Sequence record: OR995200.1
Strand: one strand, 5' to 3'
Length of the DNA stretch: 64,000 bases
Source: Escherichia phage JY01
Positions 35,433 to 45,648 of the stretch are shown in pieces. The stretch's first letter is position 1, and each line of letters starts with the position of its first letter. The position numbers were made by a program, and so were the translations under genes. The notes below the pieces were generated by a model. That model made no database searches, was not told the origin of the DNA, and worked only from the letters and a program-made list of their open reading frames with translations.

Positions 35433-36757
35433 TTGATTTCCTCTAAATCTTTAGTGTATTCGGTAACTACATTAGTAGTTTTCCAATATTCGTTTTCTTC
35501 TTTCTTAGCTTTAGCTTCTTCAGCAAGTTTCTTTGCTTCGTCGGAAGTCATATGAAAAATATTCATTCCAACTAGTTTATCAACATAAGAAGAATACATA
35601 TCGATTTTCGAAAGTTCTTCGGTCAGTTCTTTGCGAGTTTTACCCTGCACAACGATTTCACCTGAAATTACTTTCTTAATGAAATGTGCCTTGGCAAAGG
35701 CTAAACGAAAAGCTGACTCAGTTTCTTTGATTTTGTTATCAATTCGTTTTTTGACATAAGTTTTACGAACTTCAACAAAGTCTTTAATTAAATCGACTAC
35801 GTTATCGTAAACTTGTAGTTTTCCTTTCTCATTAATAACCGTAATATTCTGAGAACGGCGCTCAATTAACCCAAAGTCTTTCATAATTTTTGCATGGCGT
35901 TCTTCTTCATTATCGCTCAAAGAATATTCTTTACGGAATTTAACTTTAAAGCCAAAACCATGCTCACCACAAGCATCATCCCATGTAATGAAGCCTTTAT
36001 CTTCAAGTGGGTCTAAGATTTTACTCACATAAGTTTCACGATCATACTTATACGGAATCTCAGTGATATGCATTTGAGTTCGTGAAGTAAACTTATATGT
36101 TCCACGAATTTCATATTGCCCATCAATCTCAACGACTTCACCACGAAATTCTGGGAATTCTACCTTCGGTTTAGTTACTTTCTTTCCTTGAAGAGCTTGT
36201 AATACAGCTTTCTTAACAGAAGAAACGCTATGAGGAAGAATGTAAGTTGCATAACCAGTTGCAATACCGGAAACGCCATTAAGAAGAACAGTAGGAATAA
36301 TAGGCAAATAGAAAGCAGGCGGAATGTGTTCTTTATCTTGATGTACCGGAGCATATTCAGTATCTTTATATACGTTATAGAAATTTTTACTTACACGAGC
36401 AAAAATATAACGACTTGCTGCTGCTTTTTGGACGGTACGAGAACCAAAGTTTCCTTGACCATCTAACAAAGGAAAGTTATTATTCCAAGTGTTAGCCATC
36501 AAAGCCCCCGCATCTTGTGCAGAGTTTTCACCATGATGATATCCAAGGTCAGCTACACCACCTGCAATAGAAGCAAGTTTGTGAAACTTATCTTTATTTC
36601 CTCGTGCTAAATCAAGGGCTCGAGCAATAACAAATCGTTGGACTGGCTTAAATCCGTCAATCATATTTGGAATGGCACGATTTTCAACCGTGTACATAGC
36701 ATAAGCCAATGCTTCATTATCAATGATACTTTTTAAATCGCGATTATTCAGTTGCAT
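35429..36757 (-). CDS. 52: DNA topoisomerase II medium subunit (GyrA-like)
   Basis: 442 aa, same size as T4 gp52; synteny motA-52-ac-stp-ndd. Confidence 0.9.
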   Translation of the reverse strand: MQLNNRDLKSIIDNEALAYAMYTVENRAIPNMIDGFKPVQRFVIARALDLARGNKDKFHKLASIAGGVADLGYHHGENSAQDAGALMANTWNNNFPLLDGQGNFGSRTVQKAAASRYIFARVSKNFYNVYKDTEYAPVHQDKEHIPPAFYLPIIPTVLLNGVSGIATGYATYILPHSVSSVKKAVLQALQGKKVTKPKVEFPEFRGEVVEIDGQYEIRGTYKFTSRTQMHITEIPYKYDRETYVSKILDPLEDKGFITWDDACGEHGFGFKVKFRKEYSLSDNEEERHAKIMKDFGLIERRSQNITVINEKGKLQVYDNVVDLIKDFVEVRKTYVKKRIDNKIKETESAFRLAFAKAHFIKKVISGEIVVQGKTRKELTEELSKIDMYSSYVDKLVGMNIFHMTSDEAKKLAEEAKAKKEENEYWKTTNVVTEYTKDLEEIK

Positions 36758-36761
36758 AAAT

Positions 36762-36902
36762 TTACCATACTAGTGAATGTAGTGCCATAATAACATCAGA
36801 AATGAAAAGCACGACTTGAATTAATCCGAACATTACTCCATAATATAGTGCTACTAATAAAGTAGCAAGGGCTAATGAATAGCCCAAGATTTTCTTAATC
36901 AT
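36762..36902 (-). CDS. small membrane peptide (52.1 position)
   Basis: 46-codon hydrophobic ORF; overlaps the next ORF by ATGATTAA. Confidence 0.35.
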   Translation of the reverse strand: MIKKILGYSLALATLLVALYYGVMFGLIQVVLFISDVIMALHSLVW

Positions 36903-37047
36903 TTTCATTTAATAGCCAAAACAATGATAAAATTGCTAATACGCCTTGAGCTGTTGCTTGTAAAAATACTGAAGTTTCTCCAGTTATTACTGTTCCGGCG
37001 AATAAAAAGGACCAGCAGAAAAAGGCTATACCATAAACAAATTTCAT
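36895..37047 (-). CDS. ac: Ac-like small membrane protein (acriflavine sensitivity)
   Basis: 50-codon hydrophobic ORF at the T4 ac position; assignment by position and size only. Confidence 0.45.
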   Translation of the reverse strand: MKFVYGIAFFCWSFLFAGTVITGETSVFLQATAQGVLAILSLFWLLNEND

Positions 37048-37054
37048 ATTTTCC

Positions 37055-37135
37055 TCACTGGCGTCCGAAGACGCCTTTAGTTTTAAAATTATTACGATAG
37101 AACTGCATCACATGTTCGTTATGGAAATTACTCAT
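37055..37135 (-). CDS. stp: Stp peptide (suppressor of three-prime phosphatase; modulates the host EcoprrI-PrrC system)
   Basis: 26-codon [29 protein letters not shown], as recalled for T4 Stp; start overlaps the ndd stop. Confidence 0.7.
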   Translation of the reverse strand: MSNFHNEHVMQFYRNNFKTKGVFGRQ

Positions 37136-37593
37136 TAATATGCCTGCAAAACGAATTTAAAGTTATCAGCCAACATACGGTTCATTTCTTCAAGTGTTTG
37201 ATACTCAGAATGATGATTACGAGTAAACGCTAAAGCTAACTGTCCTTTTCCAAATCCCGTCGTCAGAGGTTTCATCTTAGAAGCAGGCAGATAAAACACT
37301 GTGTATGGAACATTGTTATTTGCAATAGTACGTGCAAGCTGAGACCGACGTTGACGAATATGACTTAGAACTGCACTGAATCCTTGCTTAGAACGCTGAT
37401 TACCTACATAAAATCGTGCTGACACACATGGATTACTAAATGGACGACCATCTAATTTACTTACTAAAAAGTAAAATCCAGGTTTAGATAAAATATCTTT
37501 ATGCGGAGTTCCCAAAAACCACTCACCACCCTTGATTGTACCAATAACAGTAGCACCTGCATCATTCAGATCAGTAACAGTCATATATTTCAT
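37135..37593 (-). CDS. ndd: Ndd nucleoid disruption protein
   Basis: 152 aa from [10 protein letters not shown], matching T4 Ndd as recalled; track ORF has a 26-codon extension. Confidence 0.85.
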   Translation of the reverse strand: MKYMTVTDLNDAGATVIGTIKGGEWFLGTPHKDILSKPGFYFLVSKLDGRPFSNPCVSARFYVGNQRSKQGFSAVLSHIRQRRSQLARTIANNNVPYTVFYLPASKMKPLTTGFGKGQLALAFTRNHHSEYQTLEEMNRMLADNFKFVLQAY

Positions 37594-37651
37594 ATTAATT
37601 TCCTCTAAATTATTTTCTACTCCAAGGCCGCATGAATACGCGGCCATTAAA

Positions 37652-37867
37652 TTAATCGTCGCAGTCGACACTCAATTCCCAAAACTCTTCTACGGTATAA
37701 GTTTCAGTATCATTTTCAATACAGAAACGTTCATTACTATTGTTTGCTAAAGTAGCGTTAACTGTCATTTTTTCGCTAGTGCTCTTAAGAGGTGAAATAC
37801 GAATTAACTGATCGCCGTTATCTAAACAAAAAATTTCACCAACTTTTAAATCTTTAAAGATTTTCAT
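37652..37867 (-). CDS. hypothetical protein (ndd.x)
   Basis: 71-aa ORF. Confidence 0.45.
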   Translation of the reverse strand: MKIFKDLKVGEIFCLDNGDQLIRISPLKSTSEKMTVNATLANNSNERFCIENDTETYTVEEFWELSVDCDD

Positions 37868-37982
37868 AATTCACCTCAAGGAGTATAAAATCCGAATGCA
37901 GTTGTTGACCATCCCATCCAATATGGAAAATTTGCACCAATGTAAAACATAAGAATATAAAACCAACCGCTCAACAAATTCA

Positions 37983-38201
37983 TCATTTTACACCATTCCA
38001 AATTGTTTCAACCACAGATTTTAAACCATTTTGATGAATATCAATTCCGACTACTGTCATCAAATAGATTCCAACTACAACTGAACCTAAGACAAAAATC
38101 AGCATAAAAATGAATAAAGCCGGAAAAATATTATCGAAAAACCATTCAATAAATGTAAAAGCACTGCGTTTACGCTTCATATTTTCCTCACATAAATCCA
38201 A
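37983..38201 (-). CDS. small membrane protein (ndd.x)
   Basis: 72 aa with a long hydrophobic segment (LFIFMLIFVLGSVVVGIYLM). Confidence 0.45.
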   Translation of the reverse strand: MDLCEENMKRKRSAFTFIEWFFDNIFPALFIFMLIFVLGSVVVGIYLMTVVGIDIHQNGLKSVVETIWNGVK

Positions 38202-38301
38202 AGTAAACGTTTAATACATCAATCATTAAAACGATTGGGAATATACTCAAAACTATTAGTATTATAACTACATTCCATATAGCTTTAACAATCTTTTTCA
38301 T
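38188..38301 (-). CDS. small membrane peptide (ndd.x)
   Basis: 37 aa from MKKIVKAIWNVVIILIV; the track ORF's N-terminus is translated promoter leader. Confidence 0.45.
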   Translation of the reverse strand: MKKIVKAIWNVVIILIVLSIFPIVLMIDVLNVYFGFM

Positions 38302-38325
38302 TTTCTGTTCCTCCGTAGTTGATAG

Positions 38326-38359
38326 GGTAATAGTACCACGGAAGAACAGTCTTGTAAAC
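38326..38359 (-). promoter_or_regulatory. T4-type early promoter module
   Basis: GTTTAC at 38354-38359 with conserved -10 and leader CAACTACGGAGG. Confidence 0.55.
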
Positions 38360-38543
38360 AACTTTTTAAAAATATTCGTAATAAATGTGAATACCAATCA
38401 CCACTGTTGAAACCTGTGCAACCCACCACGCACAAGCAATAAGTACAGAATTCAAAATTTTCATAATAACCTCATCACAAAAGTAAATGTTAAACAAATT
38501 AATGGAATACTAATTAACCAAACGAAACACCACCATAATGAAC

Positions 38544-38807
38544 TCATAGTTCAATCTCAGCAATTTTCATTTCATTACTATTAATAGCCGCTTTAAGACT
38601 ATCTGAAAGAATTACATCCCAGTGGTCATTCATATGACCATTAATTAAGCGTGTAATTTCTTCTGGAGTTGAAAAATAAGGCGTATCAGACTCCCAATGC
38701 GATAGTCCCAAGCGAGTATAAATCATACCTTCATCATCGCTAGAATATTCAACTGACACAAATTCATCAGTTATTTTATGTTTAGCGTAATAAAATTTAA
38801 ATTTCAT
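38544..38807 (-). CDS. hypothetical protein (ndd.x)
   Basis: 87 aa from MKFKFYYAKH; the track ORF's N-terminus is translated promoter leader. Confidence 0.5.
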   Translation of the reverse strand: MKFKFYYAKHKITDEFVSVEYSSDDEGMIYTRLGLSHWESDTPYFSTPEEITRLINGHMNDHWDVILSDSLKAAINSNEMKIAEIEL

Positions 38808-38832
38808 TTTCCGCTCCTCCGTAGTTGATAGT

Positions 38833-38865
38833 TGTATAGTACCACGGTCCTTGTGGTATGTAAAC
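38833..38865 (-). promoter_or_regulatory. T4-type early promoter module
   Basis: GTTTAC at 38860-38865, -10 TATAGTACC, conserved leader. Confidence 0.55.
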
Positions 38866-38881
38866 TGTTTTATGAAATTTT

Positions 38882-39439
38882 TTAAATAGAAAGATACCAT
38901 CCGTTGTAGTTGCTTTTTCTTACAACCTTACGAAGGTCTTCTCTATCACCGATGAATTTCGGAGTGTACTGGATGACACCTGGATGAATTTCTTTAGTGT
39001 TGAATATAATTATACAGTCAGCGACTTGATGATTTAGAATGGGCCCTAAATTTATTCCAGAACCATATGGATACTCTCCGCTGCATCCCGTTGTTACCGA
39101 AATCCAACGCGAGTCAGTTTGATGTGTTTTGACTTCTACACGAAGCCCGCAATATTTTGGATGCGCTAAAACATCCCATGCATACGTGTACGGATCATCG
39201 ACATTTTCTTGGCCTTTATTGACATATCCGCTTAGCCAATCTGCCACAAAAAACTCTGCGTACACCGCGATACGGCATCTTTCGATAACTTCTGCTTTAT
39301 CCTGGTTCGGGTTTTGTTTTAAAGAGTATCTTGCTGTATCAGCAATTTTGACCTTCATTTCACTAGTCAAGTCACTGTTCGATAGGGTAAATGTCGGAAT
39401 CTGAAATAGTCTCTGCAAACCCGGATTTGTTTTCTGCAT
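38882..39439 (-). CDS. denB: endonuclease IV (DenB-like)
   Basis: 185 aa, same size as T4 DenB, immediately upstream (in map order) of rIIB. Confidence 0.7.
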   Translation of the reverse strand: MQKTNPGLQRLFQIPTFTLSNSDLTSEMKVKIADTARYSLKQNPNQDKAEVIERCRIAVYAEFFVADWLSGYVNKGQENVDDPYTYAWDVLAHPKYCGLRVEVKTHQTDSRWISVTTGCSGEYPYGSGINLGPILNHQVADCIIIFNTKEIHPGVIQYTPKFIGDREDLRKVVRKSNYNGWYLSI

Positions 39440-39480
39440 TTAAACTTTCCTTTATGTCGGAATCATAATTTCTCTTAAAA

Positions 39481-39510
39481 CAAAAGGGCCGAAGCCCCTT
39501 ATTTTATTTG
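39481..39510. terminator. bidirectional terminator hairpin
   Basis: GGGCCGAAGCCC stem-loop flanked by A-run on one side and T-run on the other. Confidence 0.55.
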
Positions 39511-39698
39511 AATTGTGCAATTCTTTTTTCTAAACACTCTGCGTAAGATTTCATTGAGATGAACTGTGAAAGTAGAAGTTCTTGCTCAACTGCACTAACT
39601 GTTAGAAACTTTGTGCTTTCTAAAAATTTGCTCAGTGCATTAATTTTGAGCATTAATTGATCGTATTCTTCTTTTACTCGTGCTTGATAACCTAACAT
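39504..39698 (-). CDS. hypothetical protein (denB.1 position)
   Basis: 64-aa ORF flanked by tetraloop hairpins. Confidence 0.45.
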   Translation of the reverse strand: MLGYQARVKEEYDQLMLKINALSKFLESTKFLTVSAVEQELLLSQFISMKSYAECLEKRIAQFK

Positions 39699-39726
39699 AA
39701 TTTTCCTTAGTTAAGGGCCGAAGCCC

Positions 39727-40665
39727 TTATTTAAATTGTTCAGTAACGTCTTCAACTACTTCGTATTGGCAGGTACGCATTTTAGCGTCGTTGTAATCAA
39801 TCGGAATTGATACTACATCACGTGGATGTACTTTAACTTTTACAACTCGGCTGGTTGAACTGCCAAAGTGACGAATATAAGATTTAGAACACACATGCAG
39901 ACCACGAGAACAAGTTTGTGTATCATCATCATTCACACGAGTACGTGGCATTTTAACTACTTTACCCGGACTGTTATCAAAGGTGTTTGAGTGACAGTCA
40001 AAGTAGTTGTCACGAACTACTTTCCAAGCATAGAAGTAACCATCTTCGGTGATTTCAATATCGTTTGCTACCAAGAAATCAAAGAGTCGAGATACCGCTT
40101 TTTGGCTTGGGTTTTCCAGCAGATTTTCCAAGAACGGAAAATAAAATTCAAAGTTTTCGCCTTTTTCCATCGAGTCAAGAATACGATCAACCAAACCAGA
40201 CCGCAATTCAATATTTTGATAGAACAAGCTTCCACCTTCAATTCGAACATCACCGGAAATATATTTTTCAACAGCGCGACGAACATTAATTTTTTGTGCC
40301 GCTTCTTCCAACTTATCTGCTACAAGCAGATTAAGAATTTCCTGGAAGTTTGAATGAGTATTAGGAGTTGCGTTATAAGTTACACCGTCAACAGTAATTG
40401 AAATGAATTTTTTAGAAGCATTCCAAATAATATCAGATTTAGCAACTGGAGCAATAGCTACATCGCTATTAACTTTAACTGTAATATCACCGCTAATAGT
40501 AACTTTAGGGCGTTTAGCTTCTTCAGCATTTTTCAAAACACGACGGATTGTGTCAACCGATACATCCTTCCAATAAGCTAATTCCTGCTGAGTGTAATTA
40601 CCGCTTGAATACAATTTAACAATTTCAGCTTGTTCGTTTTTGGTCAGGCATTTAATATTGTACAT
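39727..40665 (-). CDS. rIIB: rIIB protein
   Basis: 312 aa, same as T4 rIIB, adjacent to rIIA. Confidence 0.9.
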   Translation of the reverse strand: MYNIKCLTKNEQAEIVKLYSSGNYTQQELAYWKDVSVDTIRRVLKNAEEAKRPKVTISGDITVKVNSDVAIAPVAKSDIIWNASKKFISITVDGVTYNATPNTHSNFQEILNLLVADKLEEAAQKINVRRAVEKYISGDVRIEGGSLFYQNIELRSGLVDRILDSMEKGENFEFYFPFLENLLENPSQKAVSRLFDFLVANDIEITEDGYFYAWKVVRDNYFDCHSNTFDNSPGKVVKMPRTRVNDDDTQTCSRGLHVCSKSYIRHFGSSTSRVVKVKVHPRDVVSIPIDYNDAKMRTCQYEVVEDVTEQFK

Positions 40666-40676
40666 AATTTTCCTTA

Positions 40677-42854
40677 TTAGGCCGCAAGGGCCTTCATAGT
40701 TTTAGCGATTTGGGAAACTTCATCATCACTCAAAGAGTTACGATAACCGATGAAGTCGGAAACAATACGGAATTTCTTGGTAAACTCAGCAACCATTTTA
40801 TCACTATTTTTTGAAGCATTACGTGATAATTCATCAAAGAGATTAGTTACTGTCCAGATATCATGACCGATGGTATCTTTTCCACCATTGAAATACACAC
40901 CGCGTAATGAACTAACCATATTACCAAGTCGTGTATATTCTTCAGAAACTTCATCTGTACTGAAGTACTTCATCATAAAATCTAGTTCAGGATACTTGAT
41001 AATTTTATCAATATATCGTTGAGCTGAACTTGAATAACCTACATACTTATCATAATCTACATCATCAAAAGCATCTACATATAAATCACGCAAAGCTTCA
41101 AAAATACATTGGCACTGACCGAGTTCTTTTACCTTTTTCTGTAAAAGCGGACGAATAACATAAAATTCATTAATGCCAATAAGATTAGCCATACGAATCA
41201 AAATATTCATAGATGGATGACAAAGTGATGTAGTACCATCCATAGAGAAAATATCAGAACGATGCATATACGCTACATAACCAGTAATTTCATCTGCTTC
41301 TGACGTAAGTGTAAATAGTTCCTCTTTTTCCCATCGTCCATCTTTAATTTCAAATTTAAATGCTGTAGCAGCTTTAGGACGAGGAGCTTTACTTTTAACT
41401 ACCTTTGGAATATAGCTTTTAACTAAAGCTTCAATTTCTGACAAATAATGAATGTTAACTTCATCACTTTCAAACATTGCCATAATATCAGGTAGTAAAT
41501 CAATCTGCGATTCTACTTCCGGATTAATAAACAGAAGACGCTCATTGTGATGAATATTTAAAGTGTTATTAAATTCACTATCATCTAACGCATGCGCTAA
41601 TCCACGGACAATATTAACACGATTTTTAATATTATCAATAACGATATTAATTTTTGTTGTATTAATACCAAACAGACGATAACTTGATGCAACGGCTGAA
41701 GTTTCATGGCTTTGCTTAATGCGTTTCAGTCGAGGGTCAAGATTTACTTCATACACAACTCCTGCATTGCATAACTTACTATCAGGTTCAAACATGCTCT
41801 GCATCTTTTTATATGACAGATTTTTAGTCGTGAATTTGACTGAATTACTAATCATATAATCTCGAGCAGAATACCCCATCTTCATCAATTCACGATATGT
41901 GTGACGAGGAGATGTAGATTCTTTAAATCGTTTTACATCTTCATTAAATGCTTTCTCACTGAGTTCTTTAACTCGTTCAATGATATTTTTACGAGTGCGA
42001 TCATCTAGTGAAAGAGCCTCGCGAGATGGAGCAATATCAAGTGAACCCATTGGAAACTTAATGTAATTCACTTCATTGCGAATGCTTAGCCAGTTACGGT
42101 CTCTAATAACACCATCGATAGGATAAACAATACCGCCATAGATAGCATATAATCCACCGCGATCAGGCCAGTATCTTTCTGGATTTACGCCATAATAATC
42201 ATCAAAATCCGGAAAATAATCAATTTCGCGGTCAAGACCATTAATGATAGCCAAATCTTTGAATGGTCGCATGATATAAGAAACTTCATAAGCAAAGTTT
42301 CTAAAGTCTTTTTCTTCAACTGGAACTACGATTTCAATACCAGTTTTATCATTTGGACCCATTTCTTTTACGAATGTAGGTTTAATTTGTGGACCATCGC
42401 CATCCATGTAAGCTACATAACCACGAATTTCACCTTTATGATACGAAGTAATACTAAACGTATCAGTATAACTAAACGGAGATTTAGAACCTAAACCAAA
42501 TCCGCCAATAAAGTCATTAGATTCAGCCTTAGATGAACTGAAATATGAATTATACAGCCCAGGAGAATTATCATCACCCTGAATATCAAAATCACTCATA
42601 CCCGGACCAAAATCTCGACAAACAAATCGTGGATCTAAACGTCCAGGAACTTGAATGATAAATTTTTCAGGATTTCCATTGAGAGCATGGGCATCAATCA
42701 TGTTGGTAATCAATTCACGAACAACTGCGCGAATTTTGTTTGTATACAAATCAGATGACAGAATTTTAAATACTTTAGGAGATGCTGCGATGCTAAATGC
42801 TTTTGATTTAGAACCATTGCCAAGAATTGTTTCTTTTTCAGTGGTGATAATCAT
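40677..42854 (-). CDS. rIIA: rIIA protein
   Basis: 725 aa, same as T4 rIIA; N-terminal ATPase-like region. Confidence 0.9.
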   Translation of the reverse strand: MIITTEKETILGNGSKSKAFSIAASPKVFKILSSDLYTNKIRAVVRELITNMIDAHALNGNPEKFIIQVPGRLDPRFVCRDFGPGMSDFDIQGDDNSPGLYNSYFSSSKAESNDFIGGFGLGSKSPFSYTDTFSITSYHKGEIRGYVAYMDGDGPQIKPTFVKEMGPNDKTGIEIVVPVEEKDFRNFAYEVSYIMRPFKDLAIINGLDREIDYFPDFDDYYGVNPERYWPDRGGLYAIYGGIVYPIDGVIRDRNWLSIRNEVNYIKFPMGSLDIAPSREALSLDDRTRKNIIERVKELSEKAFNEDVKRFKESTSPRHTYRELMKMGYSARDYMISNSVKFTTKNLSYKKMQSMFEPDSKLCNAGVVYEVNLDPRLKRIKQSHETSAVASSYRLFGINTTKINIVIDNIKNRVNIVRGLAHALDDSEFNNTLNIHHNERLLFINPEVESQIDLLPDIMAMFESDEVNIHYLSEIEALVKSYIPKVVKSKAPRPKAATAFKFEIKDGRWEKEELFTLTSEADEITGYVAYMHRSDIFSMDGTTSLCHPSMNILIRMANLIGINEFYVIRPLLQKKVKELGQCQCIFEALRDLYVDAFDDVDYDKYVGYSSSAQRYIDKIIKYPELDFMMKYFSTDEVSEEYTRLGNMVSSLRGVYFNGGKDTIGHDIWTVTNLFDELSRNASKNSDKMVAEFTKKFRIVSDFIGYRNSLSDDEVSQIAKTMKALAA

Positions 42855-42864
42855 AATTTCCTCA

Positions 42865-43068
42865 TTAATTCATATTACGCTTAATAACTTCAGCAACTTC
42901 TAGTAGTTCATCTTTAGTTGCAGTGTCGGATTGAATTTTATCTCTAATATCTTTAAAGCGGTTTTTAAATTCTTCGGCTTCTCCCATATCGAAAAAGCGT
43001 TGAATGATTCTATATTCTCGATGAACTGCTTTATCAAAAAGTTCTAAATTTACTTTATATGATTTCAT
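42865..43068 (-). CDS. hypothetical protein (rIIA.1 position)
   Basis: 67-aa ORF downstream of an early promoter module at 43093-43123. Confidence 0.5.
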   Translation of the reverse strand: MKSYKVNLELFDKAVHREYRIIQRFFDMGEAEEFKNRFKDIRDKIQSDTATKDELLEVAEVIKRNMN

Positions 43069-43092
43069 TTCAATATCCTCATTTGCCCAATT

Positions 43093-43123
43093 AATTATAC
43101 CACATCCTTGTGGTAAAGTAAAC
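43093..43123 (-). promoter_or_regulatory. T4-type early promoter module
   Basis: GTTTAC at 43118-43123 overlapping the gene 39 stop. Confidence 0.5.
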
Positions 43124-44943
43124 TACTGGCTCATCCATTCTTTACGAAGGTCAGCATTATCTCCCATGAGCATTTCAAAAAGATCTTTCCAGTTCTCAGG
43201 AAGTTTAACAACATCATATACTGGATTTTGAATCATCTCACGATATTCAGATTTTTCCAAAGAGCCAAGTCCCTTAATATAACGGATGCTATGTTTAGGT
43301 AGAGCATCTTTAGCACTCTCATATTCAGCGACTGTATAAAACCATTCTTGTTTTTTACCGACCTGGGCGATGATTACAGGAGTTTTGACAAAGCGAATTC
43401 GTCCTTGCTCAAACAATTCTGGCCAATTACTAAAAAATCCAAGAAGAGAAGGATAAATGCTTCCTAGACCATCATGGTCAGCATCAGTCATAATAGCAAT
43501 ATTATGATAATTCAAGTTTTCAGCTTTTTCACCAAGAACTAATCCAGTGATTGCGCAAATATCAAATAGTTCTTTGTTTTTAAGCATATCAGCATATGAC
43601 ATACCCCAACTGTTGAGAACTTTACCGCGCAATGGATAACCACCATGAAGTTCTTTATCACGAACATCAATAAGATATCCGATAGCAGAATCACCCTCAG
43701 TCAAGAAAAGAGTAGTATCAGCATCTTTACCGCAAAGATTCGCTTTGATATGTTTATGAACCTTTGCCTTAGAAGCCTTTTTAGCTGCTTTAGTTTCAGC
43801 TGCTTTTTCTGCTGCCAATTTACGAGCTAGTGCAGCTTCAATAATTGGCATCAGAATTGCTTCATTATTTAGAATAGCGCGTGAAATCTTTTTAGCGTCA
43901 AGTTGAATATGACTACGGATTTCACCAAATGGAGAAGTCAAACGCTCTTTAGTTTGAGAATCAAATCGCATGTTTTTCATATCACGAACAAACATAACGA
44001 TAGTCAAACATTCTTTAACACGTGCTTTAGTTACATCAATTTTGAACTTACGTTTGATTTGTGGAATAAGGTCTTCACAAATATCATCCATAACACAGTC
44101 AATGTGATGACCACCATTCTTAGTATGAATGTTATTGACGTATGTTAATTGACGAAAACCATCCGGTGAACGACCAACCGCAATAGAACAATTTTCTTGT
44201 TCTTGAACAATAGCATGCTCATCATATTGGCGTGCATATTTCTTAAAATTACCCTGAACCTTTTTACCGTTAAAGGTAAATTGAATATCAGGATAAACTA
44301 CTGCAAGTGTCTGGAGACGATCTAGTGTAATGTCAAGATAAACCTGAGATAGCTCATTAGTTTCAAATGACATAAAATCAGGAATGAAAGTAACACGAGT
44401 TCCTTTCCATTTTCCAGGAATATCTTCCCATGATTTATTTTCCATGCCATTTGAACAACGAACTACAATATTATTTTGACCGTCGCCAGTTTCACCGACA
44501 AACATAACAGAAAAAATGTTAGTTAAACTAGAGCCAACACCGTTCATACCGCCAGTGACGCGTTCTTTATCATCGCCGAAGTTACCACCTGCTTTTGGAA
44601 TAGTCCAGGCGGCAACAGGACCAGGAATTTCTTCACCAGTAGGTGTTTTAACCATCGCTTGTGGAATACCACGACCGTTATCTTCAACTGTTACTTGATT
44701 GTTTTTAATAGTAACGTTAATTTTATTTGCGAATTTAAACTTAGTACGAATACCTTCATCTACTGAGTTATCGATAATTTCATCAATAAGCTTAACAAGA
44801 CCAGGTACATACTGAACACTTTCCCATTTACCAAACAGAAAGCGCTCATGCATTTCATTAGCAGAAGAACCAATGTACATGCCGCTACGCTTTTTGATAT
44901 GTTCAATATCGCTCAGAATTTTAATTTCATTCTTAATCATCAC
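43123..44943 (-). CDS. 39: DNA topoisomerase II large subunit (GyrB-like), single fused ORF covering T4 genes 39 and 60
   Basis: 606-aa continuous ORF; N-terminal GHKL ATPase region and C-terminal Toprim region (LTEGDSAIGYL); no translational-bypass gap and no mobA. Confidence 0.9.
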   Translation of the reverse strand: MMIKNEIKILSDIEHIKKRSGMYIGSSANEMHERFLFGKWESVQYVPGLVKLIDEIIDNSVDEGIRTKFKFANKINVTIKNNQVTVEDNGRGIPQAMVKTPTGEEIPGPVAAWTIPKAGGNFGDDKERVTGGMNGVGSSLTNIFSVMFVGETGDGQNNIVVRCSNGMENKSWEDIPGKWKGTRVTFIPDFMSFETNELSQVYLDITLDRLQTLAVVYPDIQFTFNGKKVQGNFKKYARQYDEHAIVQEQENCSIAVGRSPDGFRQLTYVNNIHTKNGGHHIDCVMDDICEDLIPQIKRKFKIDVTKARVKECLTIVMFVRDMKNMRFDSQTKERLTSPFGEIRSHIQLDAKKISRAILNNEAILMPIIEAALARKLAAEKAAETKAAKKASKAKVHKHIKANLCGKDADTTLFLTEGDSAIGYLIDVRDKELHGGYPLRGKVLNSWGMSYADMLKNKELFDICAITGLVLGEKAENLNYHNIAIMTDADHDGLGSIYPSLLGFFSNWPELFEQGRIRFVKTPVIIAQVGKKQEWFYTVAEYESAKDALPKHSIRYIKGLGSLEKSEYREMIQNPVYDVVKLPENWKDLFEMLMGDNADLRKEWMSQ

Positions 44944-45009
44944 TTATCCTCGTTTGGTTTCGGGAATATTATACTCCGGTAATCATAAAGCTAAAGGCCC
45001 GAAGGCCTT

Positions 45010-45282
45010 TTATTTAAAACGGATAGTCGAATCCTTGAAGAATAGACCAGAACATACGGTTCCTTCTACTTTCTGCCCGGTAGGTCCAATAGCGCGAAAT
45101 CCAGTATGTTGGAAATCATTTTCAGAGCAACCGAACCAATTGTATCCAGTGATTTCAATATTAGTAAAACCGCTTGATGACAAAATTTTGGTTGCATTAT
45201 CAGCATCAGTACATCCTGCTAAAGACACTGCTAATACTAATGCTGCGATAGAACGATTAATATATTTCATAATTTCACTCAA
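45010..45282 (-). CDS. predicted lipoprotein
   Basis: 90 aa; signal peptide with lipobox LAGC. Confidence 0.5.
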   Translation of the reverse strand: MSEIMKYINRSIAALVLAVSLAGCTDADNATKILSSSGFTNIEITGYNWFGCSENDFQHTGFRAIGPTGQKVEGTVCSGLFFKDSTIRFK

Positions 45283-45646
45283 ATTTAATGGCTTGAAGAA
45301 GACTAATAATTCTCAAGCGACTTCTTTCATCTTTAACTGTAAAAGAAAGAGGGTCACCAGATTTCATAGTGATGATGCATCCAAAATCAAAATCTTCTGT
45401 AACTTCTTCGAAGAAGTCAAATTCTTCATCATAAATTAGAACATTACTCTGAAAGCTGTGAAGAATTTTTCCATCATTTCCAGATGCTGTACTAATCATT
45501 GTAACATTATGACCTTTCATATCTTCAACGATAAATTCGCTTGTAGATATTACTGCATTAATAGAACCGTTCCTATGAATAGCAGAAAATAGATATTTCT
45601 TTTCTTCACCTTCGCGAACACGATATTTCTTACCGATTTTAAACAT
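45275..45646 (-). CDS. hypothetical protein
   Basis: 123-aa ORF. Confidence 0.45.
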   Translation of the reverse strand: MFKIGKKYRVREGEEKKYLFSAIHRNGSINAVISTSEFIVEDMKGHNVTMISTASGNDGKILHSFQSNVLIYDEEFDFFEEVTEDFDFGCIITMKSGDPLSFTVKDERSRLRIISLLQAIKFE

Positions 45647-45648
45647 AA

